64,000 bases of DNA. Source: Dendrobates tinctorius. Lineage: Eukaryota. Positions 12,501-24,400 of the stretch are shown in pieces. A program made the translations under genes and the position numbers. The stretch lies in NCBI RefSeq assembly GCF_039654945.1, contig NW_027361738.1:81840001-81904000 (forward strand). The letters are read 5' to 3'. Position 1 is the stretch's first letter. Each line of letters opens with the position of its first letter. A model generated the notes under the pieces. It saw only the letters and a program-made list of their open reading frames with translations, had not been told where the DNA came from and did not search any database.

Positions 12501-14760
12501 CTGTCACAAATGTGTGCGTATACACTGCTCAAGAAATAAAGGGAACACTAAGATACAACATCCTAGATATCAGCAATTGTTGGTGGATGAAACGAGACAT
12601 GATGCCATTGGATTCAGGTCTGGGGACGGGTAGGCTAGTCGATAGAATTGATGCCTTCATCATGCAGGAACTGCTGACACACTGCCAATTGTGCTGCACA
12701 CTGTTGGGCTGTAAGGACAACACCCACTTGTGGACATCGTGACCTCATACCTCGATCATGGAGTCTGTTTCTGACAGTTTGACCAGACATATGGATGTTA
12801 GTGGCCGCTGGAGGTCATTTTGCAGGGCTCCGGCAGTGCTCCTCCTGTTCCTCCTTGCACAAAGGAGGGGAGGTAGTGGTCCTGCTGCTGGGTTGTTGCC
12901 CTCCTACGGCCCCCTCCATGTCTCCTGGTATCTGCGCCATGCTCTGGACACTGTGCTGACAGACACAGCTACACTTCTTGCCACAGCTCGCATTGATGTG
13001 CCATCCTGGATGAGCTGCACTACCTGAGCAACTTCTGTGAGTTGTAGACACCGTCTCATGCTACTGTACTGAACCTCTAGGGATTGGAACAATGACAAAA
13101 TGCAAAAGTGACCAAAACAAGAGCCAAAAAGGATGAGAACAGAGAGATGGTCTGTGGTCACCCCCTGCAAAACCGCTGCTTTATAGGGGTTGTCTTGCTA
13201 ATTGCCGATCATTTCTACCTGTTGTCTGCTCCATTTCCCCAACAGCAGGTGAAATTGATTCACAATCGTTGTTGCTTCATAACTGGACAGGTTAATTTCA
13301 CAGAAGTGTCTTTGACTTGGAGTTACATTGTGTTATTTAAGTGTTCACTTTTATTAAAAAAAAAAAAAGGTGTATTTTTTATATATAAGACGAAGGGGAG
13401 GATAGGATTTTTTATTTTTTTTAAAGCCTAATGCAGAAGTGGATTCAGGAGGTGGCGAATAGGACAGACTGATACTACTTCCTGCTGGATCCACTTCAGG
13501 TGTTGGCTGTGTGAGCCTAACATTTGCCTCCACAACTGGGGGGTCAAAACCTACAGTATTATGTAGGGTCTGCTATTGAGGAACCATCCATCAGTCAGAT
13601 TGTACGCGTCATTACCATCACACGTGATCCTTGCCTTTCTGATCCTATGACTGACAGTCACGTCCCGGCCCCCTGTCGTGGAGGGAACTGATCCACGGCT
13701 CCACTGATCCAGTACCTGCACATCTAAACATGCGCCTACAGCGTATGTATGCCTGTACATAAGACGTGACACATGTATTCTGCTTTCTCCCGCAGGATTA
13801 CGACCATGACAGCAAGCTATCATACTCAGATTTTGAGAAAGCAGTCAGAGAGGAAAACCTTTTACTGGAGGCATTTGGTCCTTGTTTGCCAGACAGTAAG
13901 GTGAGATGTTGAAAAGTCGCCAAGTGTCTCATCAGAACACTGGGGGGGGTCGTTAACTAAGAAGGTATCTGACGTAGAAACACTGAGCTGGTAGACCTCT
14001 TCTAATGGGGAACTGGTAAAGGACCATCATCGCCATCTTGGTGCAGCCGGACGCCTTCTTAAGGGGCCGAGATTTTAACCATTTACTGCAATAGTAAAAT
14101 ATCGCAATATGAATTACAAGAGGCCATGGGCTCAAAGTCCCCGGAGGGAGGGAGAGACTGAAAGTTAAAACGAAAAAAATAAAATAGTTTTGAAAAAAAA
14201 AAAAAACGAACAAAAACTCAGAAAACGTCTAATCATCCCCTTTTCGTTATCCAAAAATGTAAAATATTATGAGTTTCATATTCAGTATTGACGCAGCCAG
14301 AAAAAAGCAAAATTAAAAAAAAAAAAAATTGAAACTCCAGAATAGCTGGTTTTTGGCTGCTGAAACTCCCCCCATAAGGCATAATGCAAAGCAGACAAAA
14401 CATTGTATGTGTCTCAAAACGGGACCAATGCAAATATAAACGCAGCATCCCCCAAAAAAACAAACCCTCATACGGCTATGTCGGCAGAGAATTAAAAAAG
14501 GTAAGACTTTTGGAAGAAGGAGAGGACAAAAAAAATGAAAAACTCGCTGCGTCCTTAGAAGCTTAAAGGGAACCCGTCAGGTCGGAAAACGCTATTCTAG
14601 GGTTATTCTGCAGGTTAATAGCGTTATGAAGGTGCCCGGCCGCTGTACTGAACGTGCGGCCCCTGAGAAAGATGAACTTTATTTCTCCCTTTTGTTTTTC
14701 TTCTCGCAGAGCATCATGGCGTTTGAAAGTCAAGCATTTGCCGAGCCGGGGGACCTGTAG
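538..14760 (+). CDS. CLXN: Calaxin / EF-hand calcium-binding domain protein 1, 208 aa. Coding exons 538-595, 5684-5839, 10739-10843, 12139-12290, 13796-13900, 14710-14760
   Basis: Spliced translation [20 protein letters not shown]...[33 protein letters not shown]...[56 protein letters not shown]...[12 protein letters not shown] matches vertebrate EFCAB1/calaxin. All introns are GT-AG with consistent phases; total 627 nt. An in-frame upstream ATG at 517 would add 7 aa. Confidence 0.93.
651..1312. repeat. 34-bp minisatellite, about 19 copies (TGCTGGGAGTTGTAGTGTGTAAGGAGACATTGCC), CLXN intron 1
   Basis: Direct tandem repeat. Confidence 0.95.
1693..1964. mobile_element. hAT-type MITE (foldback), TIR TAGTGATGAGCGAGTAT
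   Basis: Long imperfect inverted repeats. 8-bp TSD gtgctgtg / gtgctgag (7 of 8 match). Confidence 0.75.
2225..4085 (+). mobile_element. Degenerate CR1 LINE 3' fragment (RT region), interrupted by an internal tandem expansion
   Basis: Translations [27 protein letters not shown]...[46 protein letters not shown] are typical CR1 ORF2 motifs. Frameshifts and stops present. Confidence 0.85.
2310..3205. repeat. ~30-bp minisatellite (GCAGTGGGGACCACAAGGATCTGTACTGGGA-like) inside the CR1
   Basis: Tandem units translate as repeated PQGSVLG. Confidence 0.9.
5684..5839 (+). CDS. CLXN: CLXN/EFCAB1 coding exon 2
   Basis: ttcttgcag acceptor; [13 protein letters not shown]...[23 protein letters not shown]; gtgagt donor. 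Confidence 0.92.
5862..10718. repeat. ~25-bp GC-rich minisatellite (CTCTATAGTAAGGGGCCGCACTCCG) filling CLXN intron 2, with a ~1.8-kb higher-order duplication
   Basis: Direct tandem repeat. Rare variant units recur 1797 bp apart. Confidence 0.96.
10739..10843 (+). CDS. CLXN: CLXN/EFCAB1 coding exon 3 (EF-hand [12 protein letters not shown])
   Basis: ctccag acceptor, gtaagt donor; [35 protein letters not shown]. Confidence 0.93.
10951..11441 (-). mobile_element. Truncated Tc1-like transposon (one terminus plus transposase C-terminus)
   Basis: TA|CAGTGCCTTGCGAAAGTATTC terminus. Minus-strand [22 protein letters not shown] motif. Confidence 0.85.
11537..12055 (-). repeat. 81/86-bp satellite, about 6 copies; same family as 25160-31460 in opposite orientation
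   Basis: Unit is the reverse complement of CATTACTGATCCTGAGTTACATCCTGTATTATACTCCAGAGCTGCACTCACTATTCTGCTGGTGCAGTCACTGTGTACATA. Confidence 0.93.
12139..12290 (+). CDS. CLXN: CLXN/EFCAB1 coding exon 4 (EF-hand [12 protein letters not shown])
   Basis: ttctgcag acceptor, gtatgt donor; lies within ORF 12123-12332. Confidence 0.94.
12523..13355 (-). mobile_element. Internally deleted Tc1-like element
   Basis: TA|CACTGCTCAAGAAATAAAGGGAACAC left end and degenerate GTGTTCACTTTTATT right end. Minus-strand HTH-like [17 protein letters not shown]...[14 protein letters not shown]. Confidence 0.75.
13796..13900 (+). CDS. CLXN: CLXN/EFCAB1 coding exon 5
   Basis: [35 protein letters not shown]; cgcag acceptor, gtgaga donor. 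Confidence 0.93.
14710..14760 (+). CDS. CLXN: CLXN/EFCAB1 last coding exon
   Basis: Polypyrimidine tract plus cgcag; [16 protein letters not shown] then TAG. Confidence 0.85.
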   Translation, partial: SIMAFESQAFAEPGDL

Positions 14761-14805
14761 GCAAAAACATCACAGGAGAGGGCTGTGGATCGTCTGCAAG
14801 AATAA

Positions 14806-15105
14806 GGGTATATTCACATGCATGTGTTTTTGGTGCGTTTTTTTTTTTTGCTGCATTCTACAGTACCAGCCAGGTCTGAGATCTCAGAAATCTCATGCAA
14901 ACAGCTTGGTCTTTTTTATCTTTTGAAGTAGAATCAGGTTTGGGGGTTTTGGGTTTTTTTTGGCACTAACTTTTATCAGCGTGCCCAAAAGACAAATGTA
15001 AGCGTGACAAAAACACAGCAAGAAAACTCAACAAAAAGCAAGCAAAACCTGATTTTATGCAGCAAGAAAAAAAACGCAGCAAAAATGCAACATGTGAACA
15101 CAGCT
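14806..15105. mobile_element. PIF/Harbinger-type MITE in the CLXN 3' UTR
   Basis: TAA|GGGTATATTCACATG ... CATGTGAACACAGCT|TAA. Confidence 0.6.
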
Positions 15106-15272
15106 TAAGTGGGAAGTAATAATGTCTGTGCCGATCTTCAACAGTAATACCAAATGCTACGCAGCGAGCACTGTATACCCGGAGTGAGGAGGCAGCATGA
15201 TCATCAGGGTCGATGCTGGGATCTGTGGTCCTCTCATTGGCCCCTCACTAGTGACGGACCCTGCTCTGCTAA

Positions 15273-15339
15273 AATAAACTTCTGACAACAACACAAGTCA
15301 TATATTCTCTGCTATTTATAATAAAAATAATAATTTATT
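15273..15339. terminator. Convergent polyadenylation signals: AATAAA on + at 15273 and 15320 (CLXN), AATAAA on - at 15334-15339 (RBM48)
   Basis: Canonical hexamers lying between the two convergent stop codons (14760 and 15391). Confidence 0.55.
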
Positions 15340-15390
15340 CTCTGCTGCATTCACAAAGCTGGGGACTGAGCAAACAAAGCTTATACTTTT

Positions 15391-15480
15391 TCATATTCTT
15401 CTTCTCTGTTTGACTGGGGGTGCAGATGTGTTGGCACCTGACGTGGCTTCTGGTTTAGTTACTGTAGAAAATTCAGACAC
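15391..15480 (-). CDS. RBM48: RBM48 last coding exon
   Basis: ttctttag acceptor; VSEFSTVTKPE...PPVKQRRRI then TGA. Confidence 0.9.
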   Translation of the reverse strand: MSEFSTVTKPEATSGANTSAPPVKQRRRI

Positions 15481-18400
15481 CTAAAGAAAACAGGATGAAA
15501 AGAAAAAAAATAAAATTATTGACGATAAACTGTTTCCTGTGCACAGAAGTGATCAATGTCTCCTATAACGAGGGGTCCATAGCACGATTACCAGCAGGGA
15601 GAGACCTGCTCTGCTTTTTCCGACAGCTCCATGCATTATAGGTGATTGATACCAGAGCTCCAAGTCTAGCTGTGTAGGTAAAGGACAAAATCCTGTCCGC
15701 CAGCAGCCACCACTAGGGGGAGCACACAGTTTATACATTGGATTCAATGATAAAACAGTATGCGGTCAGCTCCCCCTAGTGGAGGCCAAAAGAAGAACCG
15801 TCCGATAAAGTCTAATGGGCAATGATATCATATCCATCAATCACCTTCCAATAGCAGGGATCAGAGTTAGCTCAGATCTCTGCTGCTTAACCACTTAAAT
15901 ACCGATGTCAGTCTGCGATAGTGGCAGTTTCATGGTGCAACCCAATGCGATGGTCCGTTCTAATGCCCACTGCAACGAGAACACGGCCATGTGGTCTGCC
16001 GAAAGCCCCGATCTCTGCCATCTTTATACTATTCGGCTGTACTTCATAGGAGATCGTTAATTTTACTGCCAACGCCAATACTCTAGCATTGCAGAAAAAA
16101 GTACAAGCAATTCGATGATCGCAGGATCAAATCCCCTAGAAAGATTAAAAAAAAAAAATAATTAAAATTTTTTTTTTCTTGAAATAATTTATATTGTCCG
16201 CCTTTTCCCTGTTTAAAAATAAAGAAATGTAAGAAGAAAACCAATTCACCCTCCCCAAATATTTGGCATCACCTAGTAACAGTCCAATCAACACCCTTAA
16301 GAAAAAAGTAATTGAAATGCCAGAGTTGCGATTTTTCTGTCTGAGCTCCTCCAGCAAAAATACAATAAAGAGAGATCAAAATGTCGTCTGTACCCCAAAG
16401 TATTTCAATAAAAATTGTCAACTCATCTTGCAAAAAACGAGCCCTCACACCACTCCATAGATGGAATAATCTAAAAGTTACGGGTCTGAAATGGTAAAAA
16501 AATATATATATTTTTTCTTATTATTGTTTTACAGAGTTGAGAATTTTTTTCTTTTTTAACCACTGAAATAATAGGAAGAAAAATGCTGTAATAACCTGGA
16601 CTATCCAACAGTTGTGCTGTACATTTAATGTAGTAAAATGTAAAGTTTAACCCCTTCACGACCTTTGACGCCACGTAGGCGTCATGAAAAGTCGTGTCAG
16701 AACGACCCATGACGCCTATGTGGCATCATGACTTTAAAGCCCCCCTGCGGGTCGGGTGACCTAGGTCACTGAAAGGTCACCCGACCCGCAGATACAGGGG
16801 GCTTTGTTCTTCGCCACAGGGGGCGTGGCTTCGCCCCCACGTGGCTACGATCGCTCTGATTGGCTGTTAAAAGTGAAACAGCCAATCAGAGCGATAGTAA
16901 TATTTCATCAATGAAAATTGATGAAATATTACAATCCAGCCATGGCCGATGCTGCTGAACATTGGGCATGGCTGGAGACACCGATTCCACCCCCCCCACC
17001 GGCGATCTCCCCCCCCCGCAACTGAATGACAGCGGCAATCTGCCGCCGCTGTCATCATCTGCCCCCCTCCCATTCCCTCTGCTCCGCGCCAGCCTCCGAT
17101 CCCCCCCTCACCCCCTCTCACCTCCCCCGGCACCTTCTAAGTCCCCCTGTCGCTCCCGGTGTCCGGCGGGTCCGGTTCATGGGCGCCGCCATCTTAGAAA
17201 ATGGCGGGCGCATGCGCAGTGCGCCCGCCCGAATCTGCCGGCTGCAGATTCCATTCTTTCATTTTGATCACTCTCACAGTGATCAAAATGAAAGAAAAAG
17301 TAAATAAACCCCCCGATTATCACCCCCATAGGTAGGCAGAACTAATAAAATAAAGAAAATATTTTTATTTTTCCATTAGGGTTAGGGTTGAAAAGAGGGT
17401 TAGGGTTGGAAAGAGGGTTAGGGTTGGAAAGAGGGTTAGGGTTGGAAAGAGGGTTAGGGTTGGAAAGAGGGTTGGAATTAGGGTTAGGGATGTGTTTAGG
17501 GGTGTGTTGGGGTTAGGGTTGGAGTTAGAATTGAGGGGTTTCCACTGTTTAGGCACATCAGGGGGTCGCCAAACGCGACATGGTGCAACCATTGATTCCA
17601 GCCAATTTTGCGTTCAAAAAGTCAAACGGTGCAACACATCTTACATACGTTCCTTGGAAGGTCTAGTTTCCAAAATGGGGTCACTTGTGGGGGGTTTCCA
17701 CTGTTTAGGCACATCAGGGGCTCTGCAAACGTAATGACGACCGCAGACTATTCCATCAAAGTCTGCATTTCAAAACGTCACTACTTCCATTCCGAGCCTT
17801 GACGTGTGCCCAAACAATGGTTCCCCCCACATATGGGGTACCAGCGTACTCAGGACAAACTGGACAACAACTTTTGGGGTCCAATTTATCCTAGTACCCT
17901 TGTGAAAATAAAAAATTGTCAACTAAAAAAATTTTTTTTAGGAAAAAAAAAGATTTTTTATTTTCACTGCTCTGCATTATAAACTTCTGTGAATCACCTG
18001 GGGGTTCAAAGTGCTCACTATGCATCTAGATAAGTTCCTTAGGGGGTCTAGTTTCCAAAATGGGGTCATATGTGGGGGAGCTCCAAAGTTAAGGCACACA
18101 GGGGCTCTCCAAACACGACATGGTGTCCACTAACGATTGGAGCTAATTTTCATTTCAAAAAGTCAAATGGCGCTCATTCCCTTCTGCGCCCTGCCGTGCA
18201 CCCAAACAGTGCCCCCCCCCCCCACATATGGGGTACCAGCATACTCAGGACAAACTGGACAACAACTTTTTTTGGGGTCCAATTTCTCCTGTTACCCTTG
18301 TGAAAATAAAAAATAGCGTGCTAAAAAATCATTTTTGAGGAAAAAAAATGATTTTTTATTTTCACTGCTCTATGTTATAAACTTTTGTGAAGCACTTGGG

Positions 18401-21400
18401 GGTTCAAAGTGATCACTACACATCTAGATAAGTTCCTTCGGGGGTCTAGTTTCCAAAATGGTGTCACTTGTGGGGGAGCTCCAATGTTTAGGCACACAGG
18501 GGATCTCCAAACGCGACATGGTGTCCGATAACGATTGGAGCTAATTTTCCATTCAAAAAGTCAAATGGCGCTCCTTCCCTTCCGGGCCCTGCCGTGCGCC
18601 CAAACAGTGGTTTATGACCACATATGAGGTATCGGTGTACTCAGGAGAAATTGCCCAACAAATTTTAGGATCCATTTTATCCTGTTGCCCATGTGAAAAT
18701 GAAAAAACTGAGGCTAAAAGATAATTTTTGTGAAAAAAAGTACTTTTTTTTTTTTTACGGATCAATTTGAGAAGCACCTGGGGGTTCAAAGTGATCACTT
18801 TGCATCTAGATAAGTTCCTTGGGGGGTCTAGTTTCCAAAATGGGGTCACTTGTGGGGGAGCTCCAGTGTTTAGGCACACAGCGACTCTCCAAACGCGACA
18901 TGGCAAGAGCTAAATATTCCAGCATATTTTCCATTCAAAAAGTCAAATGGCACTCCTTCCCTTCTGAGCCCTGCCGTGCGCCCAAACAGTGGTTTTTGAC
19001 CACATATGAGGTATCGGTGTACTCAGGGGAAATTGCCCAACAAATTTTAGGATCCATTTTATCCTGTTGCCCATGTGAAAATGAAAAAATTGATGCTGAA
19101 AGAAAATTTTTGTTGGAAAAATTAAAATGTCCTTTTTTTCCTTCCATGTTGCTTTAGTTCCTGTGAAACACCTAAAGGGTTAATAATCTTCTTGAATGTA
19201 GTTTTGAGTAGCTTGAGGGGTGCAGTTTTTAGAATGGTGTCACTTTTGGGTATTTTCTGCCATATAGACCCCTCAAAGTGACTTCAAATGTGAGGTGGTC
19301 CCTAAAAAAAATGTTTTTTGTAAATTTTGTTGTAAAAATGAGAAATCACTGGTCAACTTTTAACCCTTATAACTTCCTAATAAAAAAATATTTTGCTTCC
19401 AAAATTGTGCTGATGTAAAGTAGACATGTGGGAAATGTTATTTAGTAACTATTTTGTGTCACTTAACTCTCTAGTTTAACAGAATAAAAATTCAAAATTT
19501 GAAAATTGCGAAATTTTCAAAATTTTCGCCAAATTTCTGATTTTTTCACAAATAAACGCAAAAATTATCGATCTAAATTTACCACTAACATGAAGCCCAA
19601 TATGTCACGAAAAAACAATCTCAGAATCGCTAGGATGCGTTGAAGCGTTCCAGAGTTATTACCTCATAAAGGGACACTGGTCAGAATTGCAAAAAATGGC
19701 CAGGTCATTAAGGTCAAAATAGGCTGGGTCATGAAGGGGTTAAAAAAAAATATTTTTTTTTACATTTTTTTTCCACCCCAATGGGAATTTTTTTTTTCTC
19801 CATATTATATGGTAAAATCAATGGTTCCATTCAAAGCTACAACTTGTCCTGCAAACAACAAGCCCTGGTACGCCTGTCGAATGAAAAAAGAAAAAAAAAA
19901 AAAAAGTTATGGATATTGTAACAGGGGCAAAAAAAGTGCAATCCGAAAACTAGTTGCAGGTGGAAATCAACCACGGGCCACAATCACATTCTTTCAGTAG
20001 TGCAGCCTCAGCCCTATAACCTTGTGTCTTTATATCTTGGCATACAAGCACAATATTAAATAGGGCTGCTCACGGTTTCAGTATACGCTATACAAGTGTG
20101 TAATAAATAAGACCGCGCCGATGTAGCTTCCAGGATCGCCTATATACACACCTCTTTTAGTTTATCGGTTATTAATTTGGCAGAGGCGTTTAGGGAATCA
20201 TCCTCCAGATCTAACTTTGGCAGTGCGGGAAGTTTTGGTCCCATTACGATCTCTGGGGAATCGGAAAGAGATAGAGAAAGTGCCAAACTGGCCTCCCGTC
20301 TCCTCTGGCGCTCCTGAAGCTGGGTCGTCCTTGGCATAAACCGGGCAGCGCTGCTCCTCACAAGCACTTGCGCTGGATTGCTCGTTTCCTCTAGTCTGTT
20401 GCAGGGTGGGGGATGGACGGAGCCCCCGGAAGGCAACTTATCAGTGCCTGAAGTCGAACTGTATTCCTGGTAGGGTTCAGGAGTCACATATGGCTGGAGG
20501 GGTGAAAAATCATCAGGCTGCGGAACAGGGCCCCACGTGGAGGCGCTCACAAATTTGGACTCCACAGATGCAGACACCGAACCAGATTTCTCTGATATGT
20601 CTTTTCTTTTTTCTTTACCTTGATAGCCTTGAGTAATAATATATGGATGTTAGGGTCTAAAGATGAACAGTGCAATGTACAGGTAACATGACAAACAGTT
20701 TGACATTCATACAAATATGTAATACTGCCCCCAATGTACAAGAATATAACTACTATAATACTGCTCCCTATGTACAACAATATAACTACTATAATACTGC
20801 TCCCTATATACAAGAATATAACTACTATAATACTGCCCCTATGTACAAGAATATAACTACTATAATACTGCCCCCTATGTACAAGAATATAACTACTATA
20901 ATACTGCCCCTATGAACAAGAATATAACTACTATAATACTGCTCCCTATGTACAACAATATAACTACTATAATACTGCCCCTATGTACAAGAATATAACT
21001 ACTATAATACTACCCACATGTACAAGAATATAACTACTATAATACTGCCCCTATGTACAAGAATATAACTACTATAATACTGTCCCTATGTACATGAATA
21101 TAACTACTATAATACTGCTTCTATCTACTATAATACTGCTCCTATGTACAAGAATATAACTACTATAATACTGCTCCCTATATACAAGAATATAACTACT
21201 ATAATACTGCTCCCTATGTACAAGAATATAACTACTATAATACTGCCCCTATGTACAAGAATATAACTACTATAATATTCTTGTACATAGGGGCCAGTAT
21301 TATAGTAGTTATATTCTTGTACATAGGGGCAGTATTATAGTAGTTATATTCTTGTACATAGGGAGCAGTATTATAGTAGTTATATTCTTGTACATAGGGA

Positions 21401-24400
21401 GCAGTATTATAGTAGTTATATTCTTGTATATAGGGAGCAGTATTATAGTAGTTATATTCTTGTACATAGGAGCAGTATTATAGTAGATAGAAGCAGTATT
21501 ATAGTAGTTATATTCATGTACATAGGGACAGTATTATAGTAGTTATATTCTTGTACATAGGGGCAGTATTATAGTAGTTATATTCTTGTACATAGGGGGC
21601 AGTATTATAGTAGTTATATTCTTGTACATAGGGGCAGTATTTTAGTAGTTATATTCTTGTACATAGGGGCAGTATTTTAGTAGTTATATTCTTGTACATA
21701 GGGAGCAGTATTATAGTAGTTATATTCTTGTACATAGGGGCCAGTATAACTACTATAATACTGCTCCCTATGTACAAGAATATAACTACTATAATACTGC
21801 TCCCTATATACAAGAATATAACTACTATAATACTGCCCCTATGTACAAGAATATAACTACTATAATACTGCCCCCTATGTACAAGAATATAACTACTATA
21901 ATACTGCCCCTATGTACAAGAATATAACTACTATAATACTGTCCCTATGTACAAGAATATAACTACTATAATACTGCTCCTATGTACAAGAATATAACTA
22001 CTATAATACTGCCCCTATGTACAAGAATATAACTACTATAATACTGCTCCCTATGTACATGAATATAACTACTATAATACTGCTCCTATGTACAAGAATA
22101 TAACTACTATAATACTGCCCTATGTACAAGAATATATCTACTATAATACTGCCCCTATGTACAAGAATATAACTACTATAATACTGCTCTTATGTACATG
22201 AATATAACTACTATAATACTGCTCCTATGTACAAGAATATAACTACTATAATACTGCCCTATGTACAAGAATATATCTACTATAATACTGCTCCTATGTA
22301 CAAGAATATATCTACTATAATACTGCCCCTATGGACAAGAATATAACTACTATAATACTGCCCCTATGTACAAGAATATAACTACTATAATACTGCTCCT
22401 ATGTACAAGAATATAACTACTATAATACTGCTCCTATGGACAAGAATATATCACCAATGTGTGAGGATATAACTGACCTCTATCATCTGTAGCTCGTGCC
22501 ACGTATCGTCTTCTATCTTGAAGTTTTTCTCTGGTCTCTTGAACACTCTCAAACTCTGGAGCGTAGCAGACATGAAGGATTCCTCCGAAGAAACTGTTTT
22601 CATCTAATTTCCGTTTGGCAACTCTAAAGAGTAAAGAGAGAAACCATGGAATTAAAGGGATGTTCCCATCTCACATCGAGAGAGAGAGATTTTTTTTTTC
22701 CGGCGTTTAGGGTTAAATTACATGAATAGAAGATTTTTTGGGCATGCGCAGTTTAAGAAAGCGGGCCCGCCAACGACAAAAAAACATTACTATGTCCGTC
22801 TACTCCACACGGACGCTGAAATACCAACGGATCCGTCAAATAACGGAAGCAACGGATGACCATCCGTCACAATCCGGCACTTATGTAAGTCTATGAAAAA
22901 AAAAATAACGGATTCCGGGAAAAAAAAAAAAAATACATTTTTTTTTTTCAAACAAGGGCGGAATTTGACTGACGTAAAAAAACTGAAGTGTGAAAGAGGC
23001 CTAAGCCCTGTATGTCCCTAGAGCTAGGGAGGGGGTGAGATGAGCACTGGTCTGTCCCCACTGTAAACAAAAGAAAAAAAGGTAGACAAGGGGAATGAAC
23101 TTAGCTTGAGCAGTCTCAGAGAGGTATCACCAAACATCCTCAAACAGCTCCAGAGAGGAATTTAGCAGACAGCTATAGCTCCAAGCCTTCACAAGGGAAA
23201 AATGTGAATATCACCGGAAACTCTCTGCAGCAGACTGGGAATTTATAAACACCCAGGTCCAGGTGTGTCATCTAGAGCCGGAGGGGGGTTGACGCTGGGT
23301 ACAAGAGTCAGAAGGATTAAGGAGGCGTCTGTAATGCCAAACGCTGAGACCTTCTGGAGCCAGATGCAGAGCGACAGTCTGTTGCATCTGACACACCCGT
23401 GACGCTACGGTATCACAGGATGAATGCACCGGAGTATTTCCCGTCCTGCCTCCGGCGTGTCGTGTTTCTGGAGACTCCACTGCGGTATCATAGGATGGAT
23501 GCGCCGCAGTATTTCCTGTCCTGCCTCCAGTGCGTCATGCCTCTGGAGACTTATGCCCACAATGGTGATATGACTATATGATAAAATATCAGCAATGTCA
23601 TCAGTATGACAGGTATGTGATGGGTATTTTAGGCAATCAACACAAGAGGTAGGGATTAGAGATGGGAGAACGTGCTGGCACATGGTGTTATCTGAGCATG
23701 CTCGGGTGCTAAGAGTGTCTCTGGCGTGCTCGAATAATATGTTCGAGTCGCCGTGGCTGTATGTCTCGTAGCTATTCGACAACCGCAGTATATACAGGGA
23801 TTCCCTAACAAACAGGAAATCCGTGCATGTTTTCTGACTGTCTAATAGCTGTGAGACACGCAGCCGCGGGGACTGGAACAGAGTATGTGAGCACTCTGAA
23901 GACACTTGATTAGCACTGAGCATGCTCAGATAACGCCTTATGTGAGCACGTTCGTTCATCACTGCTGGCCCATTTATCAAATGTTGATATTAGGTGCGTG
24001 ATCTTCTCTTTCCGACCCGAAAGTGTTGGGAAGCTTCTCTTACCAAAGAATCGGGGTGCCCCCTACCAAAGAACCTTTGTCCCTTAATCGCTGGATGAAG
24101 TCCCTTTTATCAGAACAAACTGGACGGCGGCTATTCCACTTTAAAAATGAATTTGTAGCAGTTGGCTTACAAAAAATGGCAGCTTGTAATGGCCCATCCC
24201 CTGTTTCAGAGGATCCAGGAACGAGTTTTTGTTCATGAATTTCAAATGCAAATTTGAGTCCAATGTTATTGGTATTTAGGGACCCACAAAACTTCTGGAT
24301 CCCCTCCACCGGACCCTTCCATAGCAGGGACACATCAGCTACGTCTCTGACCCGAAGGTCGATGTATTCAGATGCGACACAATTACCCTCCAAAAAAGAC

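Noticed and set aside
17375-17530. Chromosome-fusion telomere relic
   Set aside because: The repeats are degenerate 18-bp units inside a transposon, with no head-to-head TTAGGG/CCCTAA junction.
23020-23405. Possible solo LTR fragment
   Set aside because: No clear TG...CA ends or TSD could be established.
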